From: a virus
Taxonomy: Duplodnaviria; Caudoviricetes
Direction: 5' to 3' (one strand)
Virus record (IMG/VR): IMGVR_UViG_3300037046_000301
Location: 1-45,740 of that record
DNA: 45,740 bases
Part shown: one piece after another, positions 27,861 to 37,396 of the stretch
How the letters are laid out: each line of letters begins with the position of its first letter
Numbering within the stretch: the stretch's first letter is position 1
The notes under the pieces: generated by a model
What the model saw: only the letters and a program-made list of their open reading frames with translations
What the model was told of the DNA's origin: nothing
The model's database searches: none
Translations under genes and position numbers: made by a program

Positions 27861-28190
27861 CGCCGGAGGCACAAGGCATTCTCTTTTATTATTTTATACC
27901 AGGCTGTATATTAGTTAAATGGCAAATTTTCACAGGAAATTTGCCACCCTACCACGTAGTGTATGCCTGCCGTGCCCTATCGAAAAAGCAATAAAAAAAG
28001 GCAATAATAGAGGATATATGAAACGATCAGGGGCTGATTTATGGTTTGTATCAATTGCTTATTGCCTTGTATAATTGCCCTCTAAAGATGTTCTGAAAGG
28101 TTTATGAATAAAGGGAACAAGCCCAAACCCAGTCCTCATGTGCGGGGGATCTGTGGGCAGTCCTCAATAGCATCGGAGATACCTATTATT

Positions 28191-28495
28191 GCATTAAGGA
28201 TTGCAACGTCATCCTTTTATAGAATTGCCTGGTGCGTTGCTGACGGACGTAATGGAAGAAAGAGGAATGAATGAACGAGATGTGCAGGGAAGACTTCGGC
28301 CTGTGTGAAGGAAAAGAAATACTCAGTCCTTTAGCGAAGCGGGGGACTGTGTATTTGTGCAGAACAAAGTCGCTGCATGACGAGAGAAAGAATGACGATG
28401 AATGTAATGAAGTAAGGAAGCAGCAACCAGGATTGGGGAGCAGTATAAAAGATACAGTGTAAAGCCTGACCCCCGCCAAAGCGGGGAAAATGCCC
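28191..28495 (-). repeat. Structured repeat copy 2 (Flavo-1-like, expanded)
   Basis: Begins right after terminase stop: GGGCATT..GTCAGGCTTTAC..[long insert]..GTTGCAATCCTTAATGC. Confidence 0.5.
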
Positions 28496-30172
28496 TTATA
28501 TTCTTGCAGGTACAAAAACTCCGGGCGTCCTTGTGATTCGGAAAAACCTGTACCAAACAATCTTATCGGCTGCATCCGTACTGTGTGTAGCTTCTTCCGG
28601 TGGTATGTTAGAACCCGTATTCTCACTGGATTTATCCTTCTTAAACTTATTGTCCCTTTCAATTACCCTGGTATTCTGCGCAGCGATCAGAAAGTATTTA
28701 CAATTATTGCCATTGATTCGGATAACAGGAAACAAAGGATTATTCTCCTTCAGGATATTGCCCCACAACAAATACTTCTCATGAACCGGCGGCTCTTTGC
28801 CCCTGTATTTCTGAACAACTACATTCCAGCCCTTTTGCTCGAGGCGGTTAATTGCCTGAGTGTTGTAAGTATCTGAGGAATTAGCCAGGCGTTCATCCCC
28901 ATACTTATCCCTCCAGAAAATAACAGTACGGTCATTATGAAAATTATAATAGCCGACAAATTCATCTATCAGTGAATCAATCATGACAGTGGCTTTCTCC
29001 GGTTTGACAAAGAATTCCTTGAGGAAATTAAAAGATGTATCCTTGCGGACTTTGCAACTCTCCTGGCAAATGAGCATGAATGAAATATTTGAACCCCAGT
29101 CAATGACCATTTCCAAAGGTTGATTGGTATCACAATCAGAATCAAATCTGCTGTCAGGCCTACCCAAACGGGTAAAATCCCAGTCACTGTCTTCCGCCAG
29201 GTCACGAATAAAACCATTATCAAAAGATTCATAGTACACATGCTTATCCGGGTCAATGTTATAATAGCAGTCCTCAACTTTATCAGGGATCCAGTTCATG
29301 ATTTCAATCATGAAGATAAGGTTGGTCAGCTTCTGATACTCCCGTTTGATGTATTCAAGCCCGACATTATCCAGGTTATCAAAGGCATTTGAAAGCGTAA
29401 AAAGCAAACCATCTTTGGATACAAAAGGGGCAATTTGTTTTTTTATCCTGGCAATTTCATTCCACTGTGCAGCAAATTCACGATGATCCGTAATTTCAAG
29501 GAGCTGCAATTGCAGCTTCACGATCCGGTTCCAGGTATCAAAAATCCTGATGCCGGCTTCAGTTTCGTAATAGTTGCCAAACTCTAACAGGTATCTGCCG
29601 GCAGCAGAATAAGGCATGGATGAAACAAAGTGAAATCCATGATGAAATGAAACCGGGTGGTTACCCTTTACACCCCATTTGTCAAGGTTTCCCCTGTTGG
29701 TAGGTGAAACTTCCTGATCATAGCGCTCTTTGTCAATGGTCAAAAACTCATCCCCTATTTCATAATCTGTGTTGGGTCCTCTGGATGACCCTGCCCGATC
29801 CTGGGAAAGTAATAAGTAGCCGGTACCATTGAGAAAACTAACATAATTATCATGCTTTAGGATTCTTTCGAATGGATCCCTGAAGTGATCGGGAGGCTTC
29901 CGGTTAATGACATAATGGACATTCTTCACATAACCAAAATAAGATTCAAGAAACTTGAAAGTAGAAGGTAAAGTCCGGGTGAGCAACTGACCAAAAGTTT
30001 TACCAGTGATGGAAGTGACCGACTGGGGCATGTAGGTATTGATCAGGTGAACCTTATGGCCTATAATGGCAGACTTGCCCTGTCCACGTCCTGCGACCGT
30101 AACTTCACACCTGGGATGCAAAATAACAGGGGTATTCTGGGCAGGATTATAATTGACTAATTTAAGTCCCAT
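28496..30172 (-). CDS. terL: Terminase large subunit
   Basis: Walker A AGRGQGKS, Walker B YEIGDE, nuclease IDWG and THSTDAAD. Confidence 0.85.
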   Translation of the reverse strand: MGLKLVNYNPAQNTPVILHPRCEVTVAGRGQGKSAIIGHKVHLINTYMPQSVTSITGKTFGQLLTRTLPSTFKFLESYFGYVKNVHYVINRKPPDHFRDPFERILKHDNYVSFLNGTGYLLLSQDRAGSSRGPNTDYEIGDEFLTIDKERYDQEVSPTNRGNLDKWGVKGNHPVSFHHGFHFVSSMPYSAAGRYLLEFGNYYETEAGIRIFDTWNRIVKLQLQLLEITDHREFAAQWNEIARIKKQIAPFVSKDGLLFTLSNAFDNLDNVGLEYIKREYQKLTNLIFMIEIMNWIPDKVEDCYYNIDPDKHVYYESFDNGFIRDLAEDSDWDFTRLGRPDSRFDSDCDTNQPLEMVIDWGSNISFMLICQESCKVRKDTSFNFLKEFFVKPEKATVMIDSLIDEFVGYYNFHNDRTVIFWRDKYGDERLANSSDTYNTQAINRLEQKGWNVVVQKYRGKEPPVHEKYLLWGNILKENNPLFPVIRINGNNCKYFLIAAQNTRVIERDNKFKKDKSSENTGSNIPPEEATHSTDAADKIVWYRFFRITRTPGVFVPARI

Positions 30173-30761
30173 CAGAAAGCAATTCGGCAGCAGTGTCCTC
30201 AGTCATGGTACGGGTAAAGATAGCATCGGACAACTCTTTGCGGGAAAGTGCAGGGAGTGCCTGGAAAGCTTCAAAGTCAGCCTTAACCTGACGTCCATCT
30301 ACATTTATGATCATATAGAACTGATGCGCCTGAAGGATTTCAGGATCAACCTGGATATCATCTTTGTGATCGAGGCCGACGGCTTTGATCAGGTTTGCCT
30401 GAGCCGCTATCCATGTCTTAAAGCCTTTTGGACCCCAGGACTTGGCAGCTTCAATTAACTTGAAGATGTCATTGATCACCCAGCGCCTGATCCATTCCTT
30501 ATCAAATTTCTCAAAATTGCAGAACAACCGCTTGGCATTATCAAAATCTCTGTAAATCTGGCTATCGTCAAGATCAGGAAACCTAACCTTGTAAAGTTTC
30601 ATGGCTGTCTTGTACTGCGGATATTTGCAAAGGATATTATCTGCACACTTGTATCTTTCCAGGATAACTTTGTGAGAATCACTCAATGAAAGTGATTCAG
30701 GGTTAAGCAAATAATCAAGTATTCGCTTATGGTCAACTTCTTCTATGGGAATCCTACTCAT
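30162..30761 (-). CDS. Hypothetical protein, candidate terminase small subunit
   Basis: 199 aa helical protein overlapping terL start. Confidence 0.5.
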   Translation of the reverse strand: MSRIPIEEVDHKRILDYLLNPESLSLSDSHKVILERYKCADNILCKYPQYKTAMKLYKVRFPDLDDSQIYRDFDNAKRLFCNFEKFDKEWIRRWVINDIFKLIEAAKSWGPKGFKTWIAAQANLIKAVGLDHKDDIQVDPEILQAHQFYMIINVDGRQVKADFEAFQALPALSRKELSDAIFTRTMTEDTAAELLSDGT

Positions 30762-31041
30762 AAATTTTGGCTAATACTTTTGAATCTTCAAAGAATTTAA
30801 GCATTTGCATTTGTGCAGGGTGACTGCCCTGGGAAGCAGATTTCATGATGGACGTCCTCACCTTAATTTCACCCGTATTAACACCTGTTTTAAAAGCATT
30901 ATAAATATCCGAACCGGGTATGGCAAGTTGCTCAAGAAAAACATCTTCAGGAATTTCAGCATTGACCGAAATCTCCTGCGGCGTAAATCCAAACTCAGCC
31001 ATTTGCAGAATACAATCCTGTATCGCCTTCTCCAATTTCAT
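30754..31041 (-). CDS. Small HTH-like packaging-module protein
   Basis: MAEFGFTPQEIS..ASQGSHPAQ resembles small-terminase-type HTH. Confidence 0.5.
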   Translation of the reverse strand: MKLEKAIQDCILQMAEFGFTPQEISVNAEIPEDVFLEQLAIPGSDIYNAFKTGVNTGEIKVRTSIMKSASQGSHPAQMQMLKFFEDSKVLAKIYE

Positions 31042-31618
31042 CTAAAATCCATTTTTTATCAAATTCATAAACTTCCGGAAATGGTAAAATTACTCCCCTT
31101 TCAATACGGGGATTTTGTGTCATGTTTGCGCTTCCTATTACGGATATCTTCCAGGACTCATTCCCGATCAGTGTAACCTTTGCATGGCAGGCCTTAAACT
31201 TATATTTGAAATTTGCAATAAGCATTTGCAAAGGTTTGGGGTTTCTATTCTTAATCCTGGGATCTATAAGGAATCCGATTGAACGGATGATCTTTTCTTC
31301 ATATTTCTGGACAATAGACCGGATTGCAGCTTCAGATATTGACCAGGTACTGATCAGAACATCGGCAGGACCGGTCTGCTTCAGGATATAAAGCAGCAGG
31401 TCATGGGCGCTGTACCTTCCCGATGTAATGAAATGAACTGCCCGGTCTTTTGGGATCTCGCCGATGTGTTTTTTAAGTATCTCATTGGCAAAACCAACAA
31501 ATTCATGCTTTGTCGTATCCTGATTGAAACTCTCCACACTGAGCGGATGGGGTTCATCATCGGGCAATTCAATGATGATGTCCTCAATCGTTACCAGCAC
31601 GATGTGTTTGAATAGCAA
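30995..31618 (-). CDS. Phospholipase D-like (HKD-variant) nuclease domain protein
   Basis: HAKVTLI..GSANMT motif; start uncertain. Confidence 0.7.
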   Translation of the reverse strand: MLFKHIVLVTIEDIIIELPDDEPHPLSVESFNQDTTKHEFVGFANEILKKHIGEIPKDRAVHFITSGRYSAHDLLLYILKQTGPADVLISTWSISEAAIRSIVQKYEEKIIRSIGFLIDPRIKNRNPKPLQMLIANFKYKFKACHAKVTLIGNESWKISVIGSANMTQNPRIERGVILPFPEVYEFDKKWILDEIGEGDTGLYSANG

Positions 31619-32444
31619 TTAATTCAGCAAGCTGTGATTGTTTAATACCGATCCTGGTCTCAATTTCTTTTCTTTTGGGACCCGGAGGCATTGGATTTTC
31701 AGCATTATTCGTCCTGGACTTTGATTGAAAAAGCAACAAGTTTTCATCTTTGCTGATATAGGAACGTAAATTACTGATACGGCTGCGTAAGTCATCATCG
31801 GTGATGGCAGAAAAATCCTTTTTCCCCGGTTCTGCTTCATCCTGCGGAAATTCTGACCAGATCAAAATATCATCCGAAGGAATGATTTTTGAATCATTAA
31901 AAGCCGTTATAGCCTGGTAAAGAAAATCTATTCGTTTGGAATAGTGATCAATAATGGCAACAATATCCCTGCGTATAGCAATATGCTTATCGGTATTGTC
32001 CTCCGGTACCTGCTGCAACTTAGCAAAGAGCAAGTCCTTCTGAAGCCACAAATGCCCTTTCTGTCTGATAAGCTCCTGGATGATCAGGGGCAATCTGTTA
32101 AATGCAGCTTTTTTGACCGGTGCAACATCAGACAACCTATCAGCAACAATTTGTTGCTGAGACGGTTTTAACCCGCCCCTGGAAAGTATATTGCCGGCAC
32201 CAACAGACAATTTACCTTTTACCTTCTGAACATTTGATACTTTGGATTTCTCTGAATATAAGTGCTTTAAACCTGCTAACTTCAATAAAAGGTAGAGGAG
32301 TTTATCGGCCTTTACAGGGGTAATATTTCCGGAAAGATAAGTAAGCAATGTGCGGTTATTGCAATTGGCATTAAGGATCGTGAATCCATCATTGTAATTT
32401 TTTGTTTTAAGCCATGCCTGGACTTCAGCTTGAATGTTTATCAT
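31584..32444 (-). CDS. Hypothetical phage protein
   Basis: Start moved to ATG 32444, downstream of promoter motif. Confidence 0.7.
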   Translation of the reverse strand: MINIQAEVQAWLKTKNYNDGFTILNANCNNRTLLTYLSGNITPVKADKLLYLLLKLAGLKHLYSEKSKVSNVQKVKGKLSVGAGNILSRGGLKPSQQQIVADRLSDVAPVKKAAFNRLPLIIQELIRQKGHLWLQKDLLFAKLQQVPEDNTDKHIAIRRDIVAIIDHYSKRIDFLYQAITAFNDSKIIPSDDILIWSEFPQDEAEPGKKDFSAITDDDLRSRISNLRSYISKDENLLLFQSKSRTNNAENPMPPGPKRKEIETRIGIKQSQLAELIAIQTHRAGND

Positions 32445-32468
32445 ATTTATATGAAATTTAATATTAGT

Positions 32469-32504
32469 CAAAAATAGAATACGGCAATTGCTAAAAAAAG
32501 GACA
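32469..32504 (-). promoter_or_regulatory. Putative phage late promoter (TGTCCTTT-N20-TATTTTTG)
   Basis: Identical spacing to the other two copies. Confidence 0.65.
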
Positions 32505-32506
32505 GA

Positions 32507-33121
32507 TTAATCAAGGTCCGTTGGTTTTCCTCTCAACCCTTTATTTCCTATCCTGATAAATACTTCATCAATCCAGATTTTCTCCGGAACCTGGTTATAA
32601 AGTTGTCCAAAAAAACGAAAGTCAGCAGCTTTGAATAAATCAAATCGGAAAGCCTTTCCCCAGGAATGATGATAAAGAAAGCAAGGCATCCCGATCTGTC
32701 CCCGGTCCGGTCGTTTGCGCCAACCATCAAATTGAGGTATGACAGTGCCGTCCGGCCACTGCATACGCCAGATCAAAAGTCTTTCGGAGGTGGTAACGTT
32801 GATGGCAATATGCTCAAGCACACGGTCATGAGCAAGGGTATCATCGTCATCGAGGATAAGGATAAAGCCGGAGTGAACCTGATCCGTCAGGGTGTTAAGA
32901 TAAAGGTTGTAAGGGGCAGCCTGGAAAATGGACAGGAATTTTTTATCTACTTTAAAATAGTCCAGACCATAAGGAATAACATATTGCTCTGTTGCCAGGT
33001 CATCAACCGAAACAATAATTCTAAAATGTTTATAGGATTGTGAAAGGATACTTTTGATACAGCGGGCAAAATAGTTGGGGCGGTTACTGGTCCTCACCAG
33101 GATATTGATCAGCGGTTTCAA
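32507..33121 (-). CDS. Glycosyltransferase family 2 (GT-A)
   Basis: INILVRTSNRP..SILSQSY..VSVDD..ILDDDD. Confidence 0.85.
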   Translation of the reverse strand: MKPLINILVRTSNRPNYFARCIKSILSQSYKHFRIIVSVDDLATEQYVIPYGLDYFKVDKKFLSIFQAAPYNLYLNTLTDQVHSGFILILDDDDTLAHDRVLEHIAINVTTSERLLIWRMQWPDGTVIPQFDGWRKRPDRGQIGMPCFLYHHSWGKAFRFDLFKAADFRFFGQLYNQVPEKIWIDEVFIRIGNKGLRGKPTDLD

Positions 33122-33660
33122 AGCAAATGATCTTTGAAAAATCTTCCTTCAAGGAACCTGTAATAATGAAGCATATAAACCCCTTTCATCAAAAGAATTT
33201 TACGGCCGGAATAAAGAAGATCATTTGAGAAAGCATAATCCACACCAAGCAATCCATCAGTAAACTTTATCTTTTTCCAGGTCTTCTTCTGAACGAGCAT
33301 CAGGAAACCGGATGCCCGCATATTAAAATCCTCAACCGTATCATAAAATTGCTTCTGCAATTTCATGGCAATAACCCGATGATGTTTGATGTCGGGATCT
33401 TCCGAGACAATGCCTTTGTAGCGTTGCCTGGTTGTACCAACCCGGTTGGTTACGGCCACAAACATTCCGGTATCAGGATATTTTGAAACGATGGAATGAA
33501 TCTGAGTACCGAAGTCAGGGGTTAAAAACATGGCATCTGCATCGAGGAAGCAGGCCCAGTCCTCATCGTTTTTGATCAGGCTCATATAGTGATTATAAGC
33601 CGCCCCCAGGTTTTTATCCAGATCGTAGGGAGTGAAATAGTAAATCTTAAATTTTCTCAT
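33118..33660 (-). CDS. GT-A fold glycosyltransferase
   Basis: NLGAAYN..WACFLDAD DxD motif..GFLMLVQKKTW. Confidence 0.7.
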   Translation of the reverse strand: MRKFKIYYFTPYDLDKNLGAAYNHYMSLIKNDEDWACFLDADAMFLTPDFGTQIHSIVSKYPDTGMFVAVTNRVGTTRQRYKGIVSEDPDIKHHRVIAMKLQKQFYDTVEDFNMRASGFLMLVQKKTWKKIKFTDGLLGVDYAFSNDLLYSGRKILLMKGVYMLHYYRFLEGRFFKDHLL

Positions 33661-33669
33661 GATTGAAAG

Positions 33670-33705
33670 AAAAAAAGAAGCCCTGAAAATGCAAACAGGG
33701 CTTCT
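33670..33705 (-). terminator. Intrinsic terminator
   Basis: AGAAGCCCTG/CAGGGCTTCT stem plus T-run after capsid operon. Confidence 0.75.
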
Positions 33706-33735
33706 GGAAATATATACTTGCTTAAAAAGGGAATT

Positions 33736-33957
33736 TTAAGTTTTCGATGATCTTAGTGATTTAGGCAGATATTTTTTTTCACCTTCAGCAGTAAGCTGAA
33801 TATTTTTAATACCTGCATCATACAGATCCTTCATAAAGTCAACTGAATAAGAATCATTTGAAAGATCAACGGGAATAAAGATACCGGATACCGCGAATTT
33901 AGTCGGGTATCCGGTTCTCGCCATAAAATATTTAGTCCATTTTACCTTTGAAGCCAT
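33736..33957 (-). CDS. Hypothetical protein
   Basis: 73 aa ORF closing the capsid operon. Confidence 0.6.
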   Translation of the reverse strand: MASKVKWTKYFMARTGYPTKFAVSGIFIPVDLSNDSYSVDFMKDLYDAGIKNIQLTAEGEKKYLPKSLRSSKT

Positions 33958-33959
33958 GA

Positions 33960-34685
33960 TTATGATTCTTCAGTATATAAAGGAATAACAATGCTTTTTG
34001 GCAAAATAGGAACAGGTCCATTCCCATAAGTCCTGAAATTCATAACTGTTGCGCTTTCCCCTTCCGGGCCAGTACCGGTACCTGCCTGACCTTCCGGCAT
34101 TTTCTGTACAGGATAACCAGCGGAACCCAGGAAATTGACAACACCCTGAGCATCGGGTATCGCAAAGACCAAATCCTGGCAATTCGTTGCACGGATAAAG
34201 CCACGCATTTTAGCAGAAAGATCGGCACGTTTGACTTTGAGGGTATATTTCTGAGATATACCACCAATTTTACCAACATCAGTGGACACAATTTCACAAT
34301 CATCAACATCCATTCTGAAAGGAAAGAAATATTTCCCTGGCTTCATGGTAAGATTACCTGTAAGAATCTGACAGTCTTTAATACCGACAAGTTCCATTCC
34401 TACCGGAGTATCCGGAACAGGTATTCCAGGCCAGACGGCAATGTCAATATACCTGGCAATATAACCAACAGACTGAACACCTGCCATGTTATCAATAGGA
34501 TGTGCATAATTCATGTCAATGAAGTCCATGCCCAGGACACCTTCAGGAGCAAATCGGGAAGCAAGGAATAAACCGGCGAAAACAAAAGGAATCACAATGA
34601 AGGGAGAGAACTCAGTTACGGAGGCAAAGAGCATACCAAGCATCACCGAGAAAAACAAAGCAGTAAGAAATTTTATCGTTTTCAT
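33960..34685 (-). CDS. Putative major tail/structural protein with hydrophobic N-terminal extension
   Basis: Follows capsid gene; DNMAG motif; two N-terminal hydrophobic helices. Confidence 0.5.
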   Translation of the reverse strand: MKTIKFLTALFFSVMLGMLFASVTEFSPFIVIPFVFAGLFLASRFAPEGVLGMDFIDMNYAHPIDNMAGVQSVGYIARYIDIAVWPGIPVPDTPVGMELVGIKDCQILTGNLTMKPGKYFFPFRMDVDDCEIVSTDVGKIGGISQKYTLKVKRADLSAKMRGFIRATNCQDLVFAIPDAQGVVNFLGSAGYPVQKMPEGQAGTGTGPEGESATVMNFRTYGNGPVPILPKSIVIPLYTEES

Positions 34686-34708
34686 TCTATGAATTTTAAG
34701 GTGAATAA

Positions 34709-35794
34709 CTAAGAATCCTGGTCAATGTTCGTCCAGACAGCTTCATTGATACCGAAGCCCACACCTTCCCACCAATCGGTTAAGGTCTTCACCTGGCGGT
34801 CAACACCCTGAAGTTCAAATTTGGTTTTATTAACGTCCTTCTTGGTGATATGAAGGAAGTTCTCTTTCGGAGTTGCAAAGATTTCACCACTGCCGGCCAT
34901 TGATGGCAGGGAAACAAGGGATAAACCTGTAAAATCAACCGTTGGGTGGATTTCCTTTTCGGAAGTTATGGTATAAAAACCCTGATTTCTTTTTTCCTTC
35001 AGATACCATTCACCTATCGTGGGATCACAAAAGATATTCATTTTGAGTGTCCTGTATAAATCAGGAATGCCCTGGGCGAATTCTTCAATCTGATCAAACG
35101 TGTTGGAATCAGTGAAAGGATCAAGATCAGCAGTATTGATGGATCCGTCATCTACTCCTGCATGAAGTTTTATCCGGATGCCATCCATTGAATTGATGGT
35201 ATTACCGGCAACACCATTTTGCGGAGCAGAGAAAACACCTTTATAAATAACCTGGTTTTCAAGATTTTCCTTGATTTTAGGAATAAGATAATTTTCATAG
35301 ATGAATCTGATCAGCGGCCAGTCAGTGCGTTTCAGGTCACCGGATGACAGGAATCCCAACCAGGTAGCTTCAATATCATCAGGAAAAACTGTAAAGTCAG
35401 CCTTCAGGTGATGAAGTTCGATAGGTTTAGGGGTAAATGTTACAACTCCTTTAGCAGTGAAAGCGGTTTGGAAAGGCTGTACAATGTCATCAACAATCCC
35501 GTTGGCAAGTTTATAAATGGTATCATCCGTTTTAATTGCAGTCATCCACTTTTCAGTTTCAGTAGGCTGCATTAACATTCTTAAAAGTCTGGAAGTATTC
35601 TGGTTGCCTTTTTCATAATAAGCACCATATTCTGTGATAATATCACCAACAGCTACACCCATTGCGATATGAAGGCCGTCTGTGGGTGTAATCCAAAAAG
35701 GAAGATCGGACAAAAAGTGAACATCTGCCAGTCCTGAGCTAACGATGGCAAAACATCCCAAAAGGATTATTGCCAGGATTCTGAGTTTTTTCAT
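34709..35794 (-). CDS. Putative major capsid protein
   Basis: 361 aa after protease and scaffold-like genes, MDGI motif; signal-peptide-like N-terminus. Confidence 0.65.
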   Translation of the reverse strand: MKKLRILAIILLGCFAIVSSGLADVHFLSDLPFWITPTDGLHIAMGVAVGDIITEYGAYYEKGNQNTSRLLRMLMQPTETEKWMTAIKTDDTIYKLANGIVDDIVQPFQTAFTAKGVVTFTPKPIELHHLKADFTVFPDDIEATWLGFLSSGDLKRTDWPLIRFIYENYLIPKIKENLENQVIYKGVFSAPQNGVAGNTINSMDGIRIKLHAGVDDGSINTADLDPFTDSNTFDQIEEFAQGIPDLYRTLKMNIFCDPTIGEWYLKEKRNQGFYTITSEKEIHPTVDFTGLSLVSLPSMAGSGEIFATPKENFLHITKKDVNKTKFELQGVDRQVKTLTDWWEGVGFGINEAVWTNIDQDS

Positions 35795-35832
35795 GTTAAT
35801 AGTTAAATTAGTTATACAAGGGTTTAAAGCAA

Positions 35833-36255
35833 TTAAATTTGATTTTGATCAGCTTCCTTATTGTGCGGAAGCTCATTGATTGTTTTCCAATCAGGACCAC
35901 CATTTTGAAGAAAAACATTATCTTCAGTTGGAGCAATATGTGTGGCGGATGATCCTGGTTTTGCGGCAAGCAAAACCTTAACAGCTTCTATCTTAGCAAT
36001 GGGATCAGCAGCTTCTTTAACTGAAGCGCCCAGGTCGTCAAGTGAATTGACGACAGCAGTGATACCGTCTTTCGATGACTGAAGGGCAGTTTCGGATTCA
36101 GTGATGGTAGTTTGCAATGATTGAATTGCTGTGAGGGCTTCCTCATTGGTAGCTTCTTCAGTCAATGAAAGAGCAGTTAAAAATTCCTGTCTTGCAGTCT
36201 GGGCATTTGTGAGCTGCAATAAGAGCGCGTCAAATTTTTCTTTGGAGATAAACAT
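35833..36255 (-). CDS. Coiled-coil scaffold-like protein
   Basis: Ala/Thr/Glu-rich helix between protease and capsid. Confidence 0.5.
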   Translation of the reverse strand: MFISKEKFDALLLQLTNAQTARQEFLTALSLTEEATNEEALTAIQSLQTTITESETALQSSKDGITAVVNSLDDLGASVKEAADPIAKIEAVKVLLAAKPGSSATHIAPTEDNVFLQNGGPDWKTINELPHNKEADQNQI

Positions 36256-36259
36256 AGTT

Positions 36260-37141
36260 TTATGATTTAAAAGAATTTTCGAGTGATTGTATTACTTCCC
36301 GGAATGATGCAATTTCATCTACGAGTCCTAAACTCAGGGCTTCTTCAGCAAAAAAGGTTTTACCTGTTCCCCAGGTTTCCTCTCCGGCAGTCAGTCTGGA
36401 TCCGCGGCCTGATTTAATTTCAGCCAGGAAAAATTCATTGAATGTATCTGCATTAGCCTGAACCAAGCTGGTATTACCTTTCAGGGCCTCATAGTAATCT
36501 TTGTTTTTGTCAGAAGACTTTTGGGCATAAACTTCAATCAACCGGATACCCTCATTTTTCCAATACTGTTCTAAATCAGCTATGGTAATATAGGTACCGA
36601 TAGAGCCAACAACAGCGGAAGGTGTATTTGCGGTGATCCAGTCACATGCAGCAGCGATTTCATAAGCTGCGGACATGGCATAATCTTCGACAAATGCGAT
36701 AACCGGTTTTTCGATTTTGCTGATTTCATTGGAAAACTTCTGGCTGGCAAAACCTTCTCCCCCACCCGACCGAATTTCAAGGACTATGGCATTGATGTTT
36801 GGGTTCTGCGCCATCCTGTCCAGCAGATTTGTTTTTGTGGACATTCCCGATGAACCACAGTACTGATCATAATAAGTAATCGCACCATGGACCTTTAAAA
36901 GAGCTATTGAATCAGAAGGCGCGGCTTCCGGGGAAGCGTAATCGCCATAAGAAGATAAGGTATAAACGCCATTTTTGAAAGTGACATACCTGGGGGAAGA
37001 TTCAAGGCGATCATGGGAAAAATCCTGATTGGAAAGATTTCCGTCAAGGAAACTTTTAAGCAGGGGCAAATATCCATCGGCAAAGGATTTTTCGATTCTC
37101 CAGTTGCCGTTATAAATTTCCTGAATAAGTCCGGTTGTCAT
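36260..37141 (-). CDS. S49 (SppA-like) peptidase, prohead protease
   Basis: IRSGGG, AMSAAYEIAAACD, VGSIGT, AEEALSLGLVDEI. Confidence 0.88.
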   Translation of the reverse strand: MTTGLIQEIYNGNWRIEKSFADGYLPLLKSFLDGNLSNQDFSHDRLESSPRYVTFKNGVYTLSSYGDYASPEAAPSDSIALLKVHGAITYYDQYCGSSGMSTKTNLLDRMAQNPNINAIVLEIRSGGGEGFASQKFSNEISKIEKPVIAFVEDYAMSAAYEIAAACDWITANTPSAVVGSIGTYITIADLEQYWKNEGIRLIEVYAQKSSDKNKDYYEALKGNTSLVQANADTFNEFFLAEIKSGRGSRLTAGEETWGTGKTFFAEEALSLGLVDEIASFREVIQSLENSFKS

Positions 37142-37161
37142 TCAATTGCCTGTAAAAGAGG

Positions 37162-37197
37162 CAATAATACTACCAGGCAACAAAAAGACAAAGGACA
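37162..37197 (-). promoter_or_regulatory. Putative phage late promoter (TGTCCTTT-N20-TATTATTG)
   Basis: Same spacing, one mismatch in the -7 box. Confidence 0.55.
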
Positions 37198-37216
37198 TAA
37201 AAGAGAAAAAGGCAAT

Positions 37217-37387
37217 CTAAGACGCTATGTTTTGCTTTGTTTCATTAAGCAATCTGCAATGCTCAATGGCAAGACTTTCATCAGACCACCGGGAATCTTC
37301 ATTGTATGAAAGACCAATGCCATCCCAGTGAATCAATAAAACAATGAATAAAAGGCCATGCTGTTTAATATCGTAATAATCATTCAT
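37217..37387 (-). CDS. Small hypothetical protein (56 aa, not in ORF track)
   Basis: MNDYYDIKQHGLLFIVLLIHWDG...KQNIAS fills the gap between 37397 and the promoter. Confidence 0.45.
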   Translation of the reverse strand: MNDYYDIKQHGLLFIVLLIHWDGIGLSYNEDSRWSDESLAIEHCRLLNETKQNIAS

Positions 37388-37396
37388 ATCATAAAA

